From assembly GCA_003599635.1 (NCBI GenBank), contig QZIX01000009.1, positions 66,065-130,064 on the forward strand: a stretch of DNA of 64,000 bases, written 5' to 3'. A model generated the notes under the pieces. It was not told the DNA's origin, made no database searches, and worked only from the letters and a program-made list of their open reading frames with translations. The position numbers were made by a program, and so were the translations under genes. Below are positions 10,077-20,200 of this stretch, one piece after another; the stretch's first letter is position 1; the number at the start of each line of letters is the position of its first letter. This DNA comes from Candidatus Parcubacteria bacterium (lineage in GTDB: Bacteria; Patescibacteriota; Patescibacteriia; Buchananbacterales; SURF-54).

Positions 10077-11204
10077 TCATTTCAACATCTTAATAAATTC
10101 GTCAAACAAAAAATCCGTATCAGTGGGCCCTGGCATGGCTTCGGGATGGAACTGAACAGACATAAACGGCTTTGTCTTATGCTTTATGCCTTCATTGGTG
10201 TTGTCATTGGCATTGTAAAACCATTCTTTCCAGCCGGCAGGCAATTTCTTGGCATTTACTGCATAACCGTGATTTTGCGAAGTAATGTAGCAGCGCCTGG
10301 TGCCAGATTCAACGCACGGCTGGTTTTGCGAGCGATGGCCGAATTTCAGTTTATAGGTGTCGCCGCCCGCAGCCAGAGCCAAAAGCTGGTTGCCGAAACA
10401 TATTCCGAATGTCGGTTTGTTTTTTGACAAATATTTTTTTATGTTATCAATAGTGATTTTGCAGGTTTTTGGATCACCAGGCCCGTTGGATATAAAGATC
10501 CCTGAAGACTTGATTTTACAGAAATCATAATCCCATGGGATTCGGACGACGGTGACGCCCCTTTTTAAAAAACTTCTGATGATATTGTTTTTAACGCCCA
10601 TATCAATCAGGGCAACGGATTTTTTTCCTGCCTTGTAAGTTACAATTTTCTTAGTGCTGACAGTTTTTGCCAGCAGTTCGTTATTGGGATTGTAAAATTC
10701 CACGTCGCCATTGCCGGCGATTATTTTGCCCAGCATTACTCCCTTAGTCCTTAATTTTTTCGTCAGCGCTCGGGTATCAATTCCCTCTATTGCCGCAATA
10801 TTATTTTTCTTAAGCCAGTTTCCTAAAGAATTTTCGGCCTGCCAATGATTGTGTTTTTTTGAATATTCGGAAACCACCAAACCCTTGATATGTATTTTTT
10901 CCGATTCAAAATATTTCCGGACCCCGCCCTCCTTTTTTATTAAAGGAATGCCGTAGTTTCCTATTAACGGATATGTCAAAACTAAAATCTGTCCCGCGTA
11001 AGACGGATCGGTAAAACTTTCGGGATAGCCGACCATGCCGGTATTAAAAACCACTTCCCCGGCTGTTGGCATTTCCGCACCGAAGGATTTGCCGCAAAAT
11101 TCAGTGCCGTCCTCAAGAATTAATTTACATATTGCAGGTCTGTCCTCAGAATTTATCATTCCTTCTTGCTTTTTTATTATTTTGTTTTGAATCATAATTG
11201 GCAT
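10077..11204 (-). CDS. carA: Carbamoyl-phosphate synthase small subunit
   Basis: GEVVFNTGMVGY, SNGPGDP, GICFG, QNHGY and VQFHPE; exact start uncertain. Confidence 0.97.
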   Translation of the reverse strand: MPIMIQNKIIKKQEGMINSEDRPAICKLILEDGTEFCGKSFGAEMPTAGEVVFNTGMVGYPESFTDPSYAGQILVLTYPLIGNYGIPLIKKEGGVRKYFESEKIHIKGLVVSEYSKKHNHWQAENSLGNWLKKNNIAAIEGIDTRALTKKLRTKGVMLGKIIAGNGDVEFYNPNNELLAKTVSTKKIVTYKAGKKSVALIDMGVKNNIIRSFLKRGVTVVRIPWDYDFCKIKSSGIFISNGPGDPKTCKITIDNIKKYLSKNKPTFGICFGNQLLALAAGGDTYKLKFGHRSQNQPCVESGTRRCYITSQNHGYAVNAKKLPAGWKEWFYNANDNTNEGIKHKTKPFMSVQFHPEAMPGPTDTDFLFDEFIKMLK

Positions 11205-11216
11205 GGAATTATCGCA

Positions 11217-12017
11217 TTATAAATTTTGTTTTTTACCGCATTTATCTCTTTTATATTTGCCTAATTCACTAATTTGCAAAGCCATTTCTTTTTCAAAAAC
11301 TGGTCCTTCCTGGCATACCCGCCAGCCGGTATCATCAACGCAGCACTGTCCGCAGATGCCAATGCCGCAAGCCATGAACCTTTCCATGGATATTTGGCAG
11401 CCAATATTTTTTTCCACTGCAAAATCGAGTATTTTCTTCATCATAATTTCCGGACCGCAGGTGTAAATACAATCATATTGGTTTTTGGAGAATAATTCTT
11501 TAAGCCTGTCGGTGGCAAAGCCTTTGTACCCGCAAGAACCGTCGTCTGTTGATGTAAAAATTTTTATTCCTATATAGCCCAGGAATTTTTTTAAAGGAAT
11601 TTCTGACCTTGATCTGGCGCCGATTATGAAATCAACTTCCAGCTTTTTTTCTTTTGCCTGCTGAGCCAGAAAGGCGACCGATGGCGTGCCGCAGCCGCCG
11701 CCGACGCAAATAATCTTTTTATAGTCTTTTAGGTCATAGCCATGCCCATAAGGTCCCTGCAAACCAAGCTTTTGGCCTTTTTTTATTTTGAAAAGCTCGG
11801 ACGTAAAAGGCCCGACTTTCCTTACGGAGAGAGCAAAGCCCTCTTTAATTTTGTAAGCAATGCTGATTGGCTTGGAGTCAATTCCGGGCAGCCACAGCAT
11901 TACAAATTGGCCTGGCAAGGCGCTAAGATTGCCCTGGAAAACAAATGTTTTTATATCCGGCGTTTCCTGGATAACGTCGGTTATTTGAAAAATTTTTGGC
12001 TGTTCCAAATTATTCAT
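11217..12017 (-). CDS. pyrK: Dihydroorotate dehydrogenase electron transfer subunit
   Basis: GPYG, GGGCG, TCGPEIM and MACGIGICGQC [2Fe-2S] motif. Confidence 0.95.
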   Translation of the reverse strand: MNNLEQPKIFQITDVIQETPDIKTFVFQGNLSALPGQFVMLWLPGIDSKPISIAYKIKEGFALSVRKVGPFTSELFKIKKGQKLGLQGPYGHGYDLKDYKKIICVGGGCGTPSVAFLAQQAKEKKLEVDFIIGARSRSEIPLKKFLGYIGIKIFTSTDDGSCGYKGFATDRLKELFSKNQYDCIYTCGPEIMMKKILDFAVEKNIGCQISMERFMACGIGICGQCCVDDTGWRVCQEGPVFEKEMALQISELGKYKRDKCGKKQNL

Positions 12018-12927
12018 GAGCCTTGCCGATTATTTCTTTTAAGTTTTTGTAGCCATGATTTTGCATAAATTCTTTAATCTCTTCTGTTATAAGACGAAAA
12101 ATTTCCTTGCCGCGGTAGTAGATGCCTGAACCGATGCCGACGGCAACGGCGCCGGCCATCATCATCTGTACGGCATCCCTGCCTGTCATAATTCCGCCGG
12201 TGCCGATAATCGGGAGTTTTGTCGCTTTGTAAATATCATAAACGCAGCGCACGGCAATCGGAAAAATGGCCGGTCCTGAAACGCCGCCTACTTTGTTGGA
12301 AAGTACGGGCTTTGCAGCTTCAATATTTATTATCATGCCCGGACCGAGAGTATTTATAGCAGTTATGCCATCTGCGCCCGCTTCTTTGCAGGCTAAGGCG
12401 ACGTTGGTTATTTCCGGAGTAATGGGGGATAGCTTTATAAATACAGGTTTAGAGGTATTTTGCTTAACAAGTTTTGTGATCCTGGCTGAATTTTGAGGAT
12501 CAAAAGAAAAAGATTTGCCGCCCGCTTTTACATTCGGACAGGAGATATTAACCTCAATTAAATCGGCCGCGGATTTATCCGCAAGTTCGGCTGCCTTACC
12601 GAAATCATCTGCGCTTTTGGCGTAAATGCTTAAAATTAATGGCGTTTTATTTTTTTCCTTGCATTCTTTGACAACTTCGATTTTTTCTTTTATGCCGGGA
12701 TTGGTTAAGCCGACGCAGTTAAGAAGACCGTGTTCAAAAGAAATAAGTTTAGGATTGGCATGTCCAGGGGTGCCGTTTAAGTCGCAAGACTTGGTAGTAA
12801 CTGCTCCGGCGCCATTTTTAACAATGTTTACCATTGAAGATGCTGTTACACCCAAAATACCCGACGCCAGTATGGTCGGGTTTTGGAGTTTGACACCGCA
12901 AAGCTTTGTTGAGATATCTATTGTCAC
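12010..12927 (-). CDS. pyrD: Dihydroorotate dehydrogenase class 1B catalytic subunit
   Basis: NPTILASG, NISCPN, KLSP and GGVSGPAI motifs; GTG start. Confidence 0.96.
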   Translation of the reverse strand: MTIDISTKLCGVKLQNPTILASGILGVTASSMVNIVKNGAGAVTTKSCDLNGTPGHANPKLISFEHGLLNCVGLTNPGIKEKIEVVKECKEKNKTPLILSIYAKSADDFGKAAELADKSAADLIEVNISCPNVKAGGKSFSFDPQNSARITKLVKQNTSKPVFIKLSPITPEITNVALACKEAGADGITAINTLGPGMIINIEAAKPVLSNKVGGVSGPAIFPIAVRCVYDIYKATKLPIIGTGGIMTGRDAVQMMMAGAVAVGIGSGIYYRGKEIFRLITEEIKEFMQNHGYKNLKEIIGKAHE

Positions 12928-12990
12928 AGTTGGTTATTTATTCTGTAAATCCTTCGACCTCCTTTGGTCGCTGAAGGATGACCTAAACTG

Positions 12991-13911
12991 TCATTTAACA
13001 GCTCCTAAAATCAGCGCCAGCAGCGCTTCTCTGACATATAACCCGTTTTGCGCCTGCTGGAAATAATACGCATAGGGTGTTGAATCGAAATCTTCAGGCA
13101 GTTCATTAACGCGGGGCAGGGGATGAAGTATTTTCAAATTCTTTTTAACATTTTTAAAATTCTTAAGCTTCAGAATATAATCATCCTTTACTTTTTCGTA
13201 ATCGCCAATGTCGCTGAATCTTTCCTTTTGAATTCTTGTAACATAAAGTATATCAAGCTTATTTATTAAGGACGTCAAATTGCCGTGTTCCCTGAAATCA
13301 GCATTGTAATATGAAAGTTCCTTTTTAATATAAAAGGGTATGCCCAGATTTTTCGGCGAAACAAAATGCATGGTTGTTCCCAGTTTGGCTAAAGCTATGG
13401 CCAGAGAGTGTACTGTCCTGCCATATTTCAAATCACCGATAAGCCCCACATTTAATTTGTTGAAATTTTTCTGGCTTTCGGCGATCGTAAAAAGATCAGT
13501 AAGCATTTGCGTCGGGTGCTGATTAGAACCGTCACCCGCATTGATTACGGGCACGTGGGAAACTCTGCAAGCGCGTTCTGCCGCGCCCTCTTCATAATGC
13601 CGGATTACTATCAGGTCGCAGTAGGCCTGTACCATTCTGATCGTGTCTTCAAAACTTTCGCCTTTCCTTAATGATGTTGTTTCCGTATTATCAAAGCCGA
13701 TGGTCTGACCGCCTAATCTTTTAGCGGCCGCCTGAAAGGACAGCCTGGTCCTGGTTGAAGGCTCAAAAAACAAGGTGGCGATTATTTTGTTATCTAAAAG
13801 TTTAGCTTGGGTTTTCCGCTTGAATTTTTTTGCCGTTTCTATTATTTTGGCGATTTCCTCCTTTTTCAAGTCCTGGGCATAAATAATGCTTTTGTTTGAC
13901 AGGCAGGTCAT
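12991..13911 (-). CDS. pyrB: Aspartate carbamoyltransferase
   Basis: FFEPSTRTRLSF, NAGDG..HPTQ and HPLPR motifs. Confidence 0.98.
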   Translation of the reverse strand: MTCLSNKSIIYAQDLKKEEIAKIIETAKKFKRKTQAKLLDNKIIATLFFEPSTRTRLSFQAAAKRLGGQTIGFDNTETTSLRKGESFEDTIRMVQAYCDLIVIRHYEEGAAERACRVSHVPVINAGDGSNQHPTQMLTDLFTIAESQKNFNKLNVGLIGDLKYGRTVHSLAIALAKLGTTMHFVSPKNLGIPFYIKKELSYYNADFREHGNLTSLINKLDILYVTRIQKERFSDIGDYEKVKDDYILKLKNFKNVKKNLKILHPLPRVNELPEDFDSTPYAYYFQQAQNGLYVREALLALILGAVK

Positions 13912-13920
13912 AAATTCTTC

Positions 13921-13951
13921 AAAAAAACAGCTCCTCTTCGAGGAGCTGTTT
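13921..13951 (-). terminator. Attenuator/terminator hairpin immediately before pyrB
   Basis: AAACAGCTCCTC-GAA-GAGGAGCTGTTTTTTT on the minus strand, about 10 nt before the pyrB ATG. Confidence 0.8.
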
Positions 13952-13953
13952 GA

Positions 13954-14016
13954 TTATAATATTAAAAAATTAGCTGAATAGATATCCGTAAAAAAATTGT
14001 CCTTAATTGATGTCAT
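13954..14016 (-). CDS. Putative pyr leader peptide MTSIKDNFFTDIYSANFLIL
   Basis: 20-codon ORF with two T-runs, between a TTGACT-17-TAAAAT promoter (14055-14027) and the hairpin. Confidence 0.6.
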   Translation of the reverse strand: MTSIKDNFFTDIYSANFLIL

Positions 14017-14051
14017 TTTAGTTTTCATTTTAACAGGCTATCAGTTCAAAG

Positions 14052-15605
14052 TCAATCAGCCGATTTCAATTCTTCTTCAAGCAATTCCCTGACTATTTTT
14101 GGATTGGCCTTGCCTTTAGTTTCTTTCATAACTTGCCCTATCAGATATTGTATTATAGTTACTTTACCGGCTTTGAATTGTTTGACCTGTAAAGGATTGG
14201 CATCAATAGCTTTTTTCACCGCTTCCTTTATTTTTGCCAAATCGTCAATTTGGGCGAAGTCGTTTTCTTCCATAACGTCAGAAGGATCTTTTCCCGTCTG
14301 ATACATTTCGTCGAGTATTTTCATGGCTGTCGTCTGATTAATTCTGTTGCCGTAAACAATAGTTATGAATTCGGCAAAATTTTCAGCGGAGATTTTACAG
14401 TCGGATATTTTGATATTGTCCCGGTTTAAGTAAAACAGCAGCCGGTTGGTAATCCATTTAGCGGCAAGTTTTGAAATTTTGCCTTTATTTTTTTCCCAGA
14501 TTTCTTCAGCCGTTCCTTCCATTTCCCCCGAATCCGCCAGCCAGCTTGTCAGTTCGCTTATCACGGCTTCGGTATATGACGCAAGCAGTTTGTCTTCGGT
14601 AATGATTCGTGCCTGATCAGCGGGCATTTCATATTGTTCTGAAAATCTTTTTCTTTTCTGCTGAGGGCTTTCAGGCAGTTCTCTTTTGATTTTTTCCACG
14701 TCAATTGCGGAATCGGTTTCATAGAATTTTATCGGCGGCAGGTCGGGTTCAGGAAAATACCGGTAATCCTGAGCCTCTTCCTTCGTTCTTTGCTCTTCTG
14801 TCATTCCCTTGTCTTCATCCCAGCCCCGCGTCGATTGAACCTTGGGCGGATTGCCTTCCTGCCATAATTTTGTCTGCCTGCTAATTTCATAATCAAGCGC
14901 CCGCTTTACCGCATTAAAAGAATTAATATTTTTGATTTCCGTTTTCGGATTGAGTTTCTTTGAACCGTTTTTATTGCCATCGGTTTGTGAAAGCGAAATA
15001 TTGGCATCGCAGCGTAGATGTCCTTTTTCCATATCCGCATCGGAAATGTTCAGATACCGCATTATCAGCCGCAGTTCCTGCATAAAAGTTTTTGCTTCTT
15101 CGGATGAACGCAAATCCGGTTCGGTTACTATTTCCATTAAGGGAGTGCCGGCGCGGTTGTAATCAACGTAAGTTTCACGGCCGTCCGGGGAATGAAAATT
15201 TTTGGCGGCGTCTTCTTCCAAATGCAAACGCGTGATGTTTATCCTTCTTTTACCTTTTTTTGTCCCGGCCTGATCCGATTCAATGTCTAAATAGCCCTTA
15301 ATGCCGATGGGTTTATCGTATTGTGATATTTGGTAACCTTTGGGTAAATCAGGATAAAAATAATGTTTCCGGTCGAATTTCGTAAAGGTCGGAATTTCAC
15401 AATTCAGGGCGGCCGCTGCCATAACCGACCATTTAACGGCCTGCAGATTGGCTGCCGGCAAAGTCCCGGGATGGCCGGTACAGACAGGGCAAATAGTCGT
15501 GTTGGCGGGCTTGTCTTCACCGGAATTGTCGCAGGAACAGAACATCTTTGATTCAGTTTTAAGCTGGACGTGGATTTCCAGTCCTATTATTGGCTCAAGT
15601 TTCAT
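14052..15605 (-). CDS. gatB: Asp/Glu-tRNA amidotransferase subunit B
   Basis: IGLEIHVQL, FDRKHYFYPDLPKGYQISQY and YRYFPEPDLPP. Confidence 0.98.
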   Translation of the reverse strand: MKLEPIIGLEIHVQLKTESKMFCSCDNSGEDKPANTTICPVCTGHPGTLPAANLQAVKWSVMAAAALNCEIPTFTKFDRKHYFYPDLPKGYQISQYDKPIGIKGYLDIESDQAGTKKGKRRINITRLHLEEDAAKNFHSPDGRETYVDYNRAGTPLMEIVTEPDLRSSEEAKTFMQELRLIMRYLNISDADMEKGHLRCDANISLSQTDGNKNGSKKLNPKTEIKNINSFNAVKRALDYEISRQTKLWQEGNPPKVQSTRGWDEDKGMTEEQRTKEEAQDYRYFPEPDLPPIKFYETDSAIDVEKIKRELPESPQQKRKRFSEQYEMPADQARIITEDKLLASYTEAVISELTSWLADSGEMEGTAEEIWEKNKGKISKLAAKWITNRLLFYLNRDNIKISDCKISAENFAEFITIVYGNRINQTTAMKILDEMYQTGKDPSDVMEENDFAQIDDLAKIKEAVKKAIDANPLQVKQFKAGKVTIIQYLIGQVMKETKGKANPKIVRELLEEELKSAD

Positions 15606-15849
15606 ACTAATGAAACGGTAATTTTTATTACGATTAAGTGAATGGTCACGGTTAGTATTTTATCAGATAATTATTATAAAGAAAAGTCCTTGGGCAGGGC
15701 TTAAGACTCGGATTTTACCTTACTTTTTTTCTTTTTTTCTTTTGGCAATGGTTCTTAACACCAGTGTCGCAATTTATTTAGTGAAGGGCGGCGATAAACC
15801 AAGCATCTTTTTACTAATTGTAAAGAACATATTTTCCCCCTTGGTTGAT

Positions 15850-15990
15850 TTAAAGTGCTGTAATTTTTAAGTTGGTTTTTTCTAAATGACTGGATATATT
15901 GTCCCAGATTTTTTCAGTAACTTTGTCAATTTCCTGATTGGCATCAATAATTTTCCAGCCGTATTGTTTTGCTAAAAACAGAAAAACTTT
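15850..15990 (-). pseudogene. Second, diverged copy of the tmk 3' end
   Basis: Translates FLFLAKQYGWKIIDANQEIDKVTEKIWDNISSHLEKTNLKITAL*; 40-bp core identical to tmk. Confidence 0.85.
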
Positions 15991-16071
15991 ATATTATTTT
16001 ACAGCATTAATTATTTAAAGTAAGAAAAAGTCCCGAGGTTGGTTTCCTCGGGACGGGTTGATTTTGACTGG

Positions 16072-16986
16072 CTAAATGCGACTGGTACCTTTCCTTTTTT
16101 TCTTCTTCACGGGGGCTACAGTAATTGCGATATGCGGAGGGATTACTCCTTTGATATCATAAATTGCAATTACCAATCTTCTGGTGCTGCCATCATGGAT
16201 GCCAAGATCAGCTGCAAAAGCTTTTTTTACATGATTTTCGTCAATGCCGAACTTGGCAACATCACCCACCACGCGCATAAAATAATTTTTGCAACTTTCT
16301 CCCTGATGGCGTTCAGGGGCTCTGAGGTTCAGGATGAACTCTTTTGGAACAGCTTCTTGCAGAACTTCTACGTCCACTGTTTTAAGTTCCGCACCTAGCG
16401 CTGCCACCTTATTTTCGAGGGCTTTTATCGCACTGATATCGTCGGTCGGGTATTGAGCCTTTAATACACCCAGGGCAGCACTACCGGTAAAATTTTTTGA
16501 TGGAGAGATTATACTTGGTTTATGGTATAGCCATTTACCAAAACGCCCGCCATATTTCACAAGTAAATCGTGGATTGCTTTGGCGATTTTTATCCTTAGC
16601 TTTTTAGGCTTTATGCCTATATATTTATCGCCACCGCCTGCTTTTAGAGACGTAAACGGTTCTAATAGCTTGCACCTGGTTTTTATTACCAAGTCTCCAT
16701 ACTTATCCGTGTGGACGCTCGTTACTTTTGGACCCCTGTGGTCCTTTTCCAATTCTCTGACGGTATAGTCTTTGCCATTCCCGCCATGGACAATGACATT
16801 TTGCCAACCTCTATTTGCCGCATCCAATAGAAACTGATCAAGCCCTACCTCAATGGTTATGGAGGCTTTTCTCTCTTTAAATCGCTTCTGCCTGTCAGTA
16901 TTAACGGGCTCGGCGTCCGGGTTATTGTGGATTGGCTGTTTTCTTAACGGAACGTTTTTTTCTTTTTGTAAAGTCATCGTAGCCAT
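16072..16986 (-). CDS. Orphan basic hypothetical protein
   Basis: 304-aa ORF, AGGAGG SD, TTGACA-17-TATACT promoter (17262-17234), hairpin at ~16030-16055. Confidence 0.75.
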   Translation of the reverse strand: MATMTLQKEKNVPLRKQPIHNNPDAEPVNTDRQKRFKERKASITIEVGLDQFLLDAANRGWQNVIVHGGNGKDYTVRELEKDHRGPKVTSVHTDKYGDLVIKTRCKLLEPFTSLKAGGGDKYIGIKPKKLRIKIAKAIHDLLVKYGGRFGKWLYHKPSIISPSKNFTGSAALGVLKAQYPTDDISAIKALENKVAALGAELKTVDVEVLQEAVPKEFILNLRAPERHQGESCKNYFMRVVGDVAKFGIDENHVKKAFAADLGIHDGSTRRLVIAIYDIKGVIPPHIAITVAPVKKKKRKGTSRI

Positions 16987-17241
16987 CTGTTTCCTCCTAA
17001 TCTTATTTTTCAGTTAGTTCCTGTGCATGCCAGTAATTTTTTAACGTACTGCAGAGAAAATTTCCACGGTGAAAATTCCTCATTAATACCTTAAAACTTT
17101 TATTATTTGTTTAATATTCTGACGGATTTAAATGAAATCCGCATTAAATTTTAAAGGGCAACCTTCGATAAATATCTAAATTAACTGCCTTGTGCCAGGT
17201 CCACATTTATATTTTAGTTTACTAGGACAATAAAGTATACC

Positions 17242-17850
17242 TTAATTTACACTTTTTGTCAAGAGGATGATTTGAGCGGAAATATTTTCCAAAATTTTTT
17301 CAGTAATTTTTTCAATTTCCTGATTGGCATCAATAATTTTCCAGCCGTATTTTTTAGCCAAAAATAAAAAATTTTGGCGGCATTTTATCATCAATTCGTT
17401 GTTATTTTCATGCAAATGATTTTTTTCTCGGGCTTTAATAAAAGGCTGACCGTCAAGAAGAATGGCAACATCTTCTTTAAGCAAGTCTTCATTAACTTCT
17501 TCCAACTTTTCCAGTGGGACTCCTTTGGTCATGCCCCAGGCCAAGCCGGTTCCGATATAACATTCGGCGACGATTATTTTTCCCAGACCGAGCATTTTCT
17601 TTAATTCCGGCTCAAAATCTTTTCTGTTTCTGGCGTATAATTTTTGAAGTTCAAGTTCGGAAATTTCCTGCGGTTGTCCCGAGCGCAAGATTTTATTTAG
17701 TTTCGGTCCGGTCGGTTCCAGTTCATAAATAGGATATTTAATGTAGACAGTATCACAGTTGCGATTTTTTAATCTGTCAACTAAGATTTTCGCCTGAGTT
17801 GATTTTCCTATATTGTTGGTCCCGTAAAGAATTATAAGTTTTCCCGGCAT
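17242..17850 (-). CDS. tmk: Thymidylate kinase
   Basis: GKLIILYGTNNIGKSTQ, KYP and IIDANQEIE; thymidylate cluster context. Confidence 0.85.
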   Translation of the reverse strand: MPGKLIILYGTNNIGKSTQAKILVDRLKNRNCDTVYIKYPIYELEPTGPKLNKILRSGQPQEISELELQKLYARNRKDFEPELKKMLGLGKIIVAECYIGTGLAWGMTKGVPLEKLEEVNEDLLKEDVAILLDGQPFIKAREKNHLHENNNELMIKCRQNFLFLAKKYGWKIIDANQEIEKITEKILENISAQIILLTKSVN

Positions 17851-17851
17851 A

Positions 17852-20200
17852 TTATTGAATAATAAATTCTTTCTGCCAGGGCGCGTATGATTTTGTTCCT
17901 ATAATTTCATAATAATTGAAAACCGGCCCTGCAATTAATACTTTTTCACCATTTGGAGTCTGATATATAGCCAGAATTAGGTTGGCACCAGAAATTTCTT
18001 CCTGCAGTTTTTTACCTTCCGGTGATGTAAAAGAAATGGCTGAAAATTTCAAAGACAAACTGCCTGGTGTCAGATTGCCTGAAAGCAAATTTAACTGTTT
18101 GTAAAATTCGTTGATGAACAGTTTTTCCTCGTCATCTAGCGGAATATTTTCCAGCTCTTTTAAGGAAATTATCAAAGACTGGCTTAAAACCTCGATATTA
18201 TTGTCTAGTCTTTCTATTATTGGATCGTTTTTAGGAATGATTTCCAGGTCGATAAATGCGTTTTTTATCATTTTGTTTTCCGCGATAAGATTATTGTAAA
18301 ATTCCGGAGCCGGCTCTAAAAATCCGTAATCGCTTTCCGTGGCTAACATTTTATTTGGATCTGTTTTTTTATTTTCAAAATTTATCGATACATCTTTCCT
18401 TAACGCCAGACGCGAGGCCAAAACCATGTTAAGATTTTTTTTCTGCCAGAGGGAATTGGACATAAATGTGGGATAACCAGAATCGTTTAAGTTAAGATAA
18501 GGATTAATATCCTTAAGCGTTGTCCAGAAAATGTTGCCATACCAGGTATATTTGTCAAAAGTTGATATTTTATTTTTAAGCTGGGCAAGAATTTCATCAT
18601 AGCCGCTGTAAAGATCGTCTTTTTCCGCTGAAATAATTTGACTTGATTCCTGTGAACCGAGCAAGGATAAAATATCGAGCGTACGCGGGAGGCAGCGCAC
18701 GGTTTTTGAATCCAGCAGGCAGGCGGTTTTGGGAAGGTTTTTATCTCCGGCATCCCCCAGGTAATCAGAAACAGCCGGAGTGATTAAATTTACAAACAGA
18801 TAATTTTCGGCGGAAAACGGCGACCGCAGAAGTTTTAGTCCTTTTTTGTGTTTTTCTTTCTGGCTGCCTTCAATTTCCATGGAGGTGTATGTTTCGAGCT
18901 TGTTTTGGACAAGATACACGTTGCGTTCGAATTCCGGATTGTCCGGCGAAAACAATTTTTCAGCGTCGAATTCTTCGCCAAAAAGACTGATTAAGGCGTC
19001 CAGATAGTGTAAATAAGTAAAATCGTATTCTAAACCTTTAAAAAAAGACAGCGTTTTGTAAATCTTCAGCCATTCGTTCCTTGATTCTTTATCGTCTCTG
19101 AAATCCTGGGCAATTAAATTTGAAGCCACAAAAAGAATGCGTTGGTCATCGGTGTCAAGAAGGCATTGAGGGCATGAATCGTCAACTGAATAAAGCGGCA
19201 GCAGGATTTCTGAATAAAGCTTGGCGGCCAACGAATAATTTTTTAATTTTTCTGACGAGGAATAGGCGCTGCTGGGGCTGAATTTGCTGTAGTCGATGGG
19301 ATATAAAAAGATAGGGGATTTGGTTATGCTGTTGTGTTTATTGATTAGGGAAATTTCATTATTAATCTGGTTTTTTAATAATTCCGGCATTTCAAAAGTA
19401 AAGTAAGAACTTTCAAGTTCGGAAAAATATTTTTTTCCCAGACCGGAAGTGACCCACTCTTCTTTAATCTGATTTTGTTTCGGCCTTAAAATTTCCAGAA
19501 CGGCGGCGAAAAAAGCTGTTTCTGTTCTGGCTGCTTCCAACATTACGTTTGACGCTATACTTTGCCCCTGTCTTTGCCGATCGAATCTCGATCTGGATCG
19601 TTCATAAAGCCGTTTGGTAACCCGCCACATCGATGAATAGAAAACGTCCTGCTCAATTTCTTTAAAAAGTATTTGCTGCTGCAATAAATTCGCGTAGGAA
19701 ATTGTATCGGCGGTTACAAAAACCGGAATTTCATTTTCATTTAGGGTTTCATAGATTTGTTCGAAGTTGTCGTTTTGCTCAAACGGATATGGAATAACCG
19801 TAAAACCGTAATTTTCCAGGTTATTTTGAATAGGGTCTAAATTTAATTTACGCGACATGTCGCGATAATTAATGACGTCAGTTTTTATGTTTAAGGGGAC
19901 CTGATATACGGCTGTACCGGGGCTAAAGTACAATTTTTCCATCTCGTAATAATCAGCAAACATTTTTCTTTCTTTGGGAACAACCTCACCATTGCCGTTG
20001 CCGGCGCCGTCGGGAAAAATACTTTTGGAAAAAGGCAGTTGTCGGCTGCTGTTTACGGTGTCATTGATATCGGCATTTACATTCTGATTTGAATCAGCCG
20101 GTGGTTTTGGTTTTAGAAAAACCAGTAATCCCGCCAAAATAAAAATTATAGTCGCTAAAGCGGATGCGGCAATTAAATAAATTTTATTTTTTGTTTCCAT
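17852..20200 (-). CDS. DUF3160-like membrane-anchored protein
   Basis: N-terminal TM; IPVFVTAD, GFLEPAPEFY and GPVFNYYE motifs. Confidence 0.75.
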   Translation of the reverse strand: METKNKIYLIAASALATIIFILAGLLVFLKPKPPADSNQNVNADINDTVNSSRQLPFSKSIFPDGAGNGNGEVVPKERKMFADYYEMEKLYFSPGTAVYQVPLNIKTDVINYRDMSRKLNLDPIQNNLENYGFTVIPYPFEQNDNFEQIYETLNENEIPVFVTADTISYANLLQQQILFKEIEQDVFYSSMWRVTKRLYERSRSRFDRQRQGQSIASNVMLEAARTETAFFAAVLEILRPKQNQIKEEWVTSGLGKKYFSELESSYFTFEMPELLKNQINNEISLINKHNSITKSPIFLYPIDYSKFSPSSAYSSSEKLKNYSLAAKLYSEILLPLYSVDDSCPQCLLDTDDQRILFVASNLIAQDFRDDKESRNEWLKIYKTLSFFKGLEYDFTYLHYLDALISLFGEEFDAEKLFSPDNPEFERNVYLVQNKLETYTSMEIEGSQKEKHKKGLKLLRSPFSAENYLFVNLITPAVSDYLGDAGDKNLPKTACLLDSKTVRCLPRTLDILSLLGSQESSQIISAEKDDLYSGYDEILAQLKNKISTFDKYTWYGNIFWTTLKDINPYLNLNDSGYPTFMSNSLWQKKNLNMVLASRLALRKDVSINFENKKTDPNKMLATESDYGFLEPAPEFYNNLIAENKMIKNAFIDLEIIPKNDPIIERLDNNIEVLSQSLIISLKELENIPLDDEEKLFINEFYKQLNLLSGNLTPGSLSLKFSAISFTSPEGKKLQEEISGANLILAIYQTPNGEKVLIAGPVFNYYEIIGTKSYAPWQKEFIIQ

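Noticed and set aside
15720-15830. Small ORF MFFTISKKMLGLSPPFTK*IATLVLRTIAKRKKEKK
   Set aside because: It has an internal stop and is too short to call; possibly a decayed unit
15850-17375. tmk duplicate as a DGR template/variable repeat pair
   Set aside because: Differences are not restricted to adenines, and no reverse transcriptase is present
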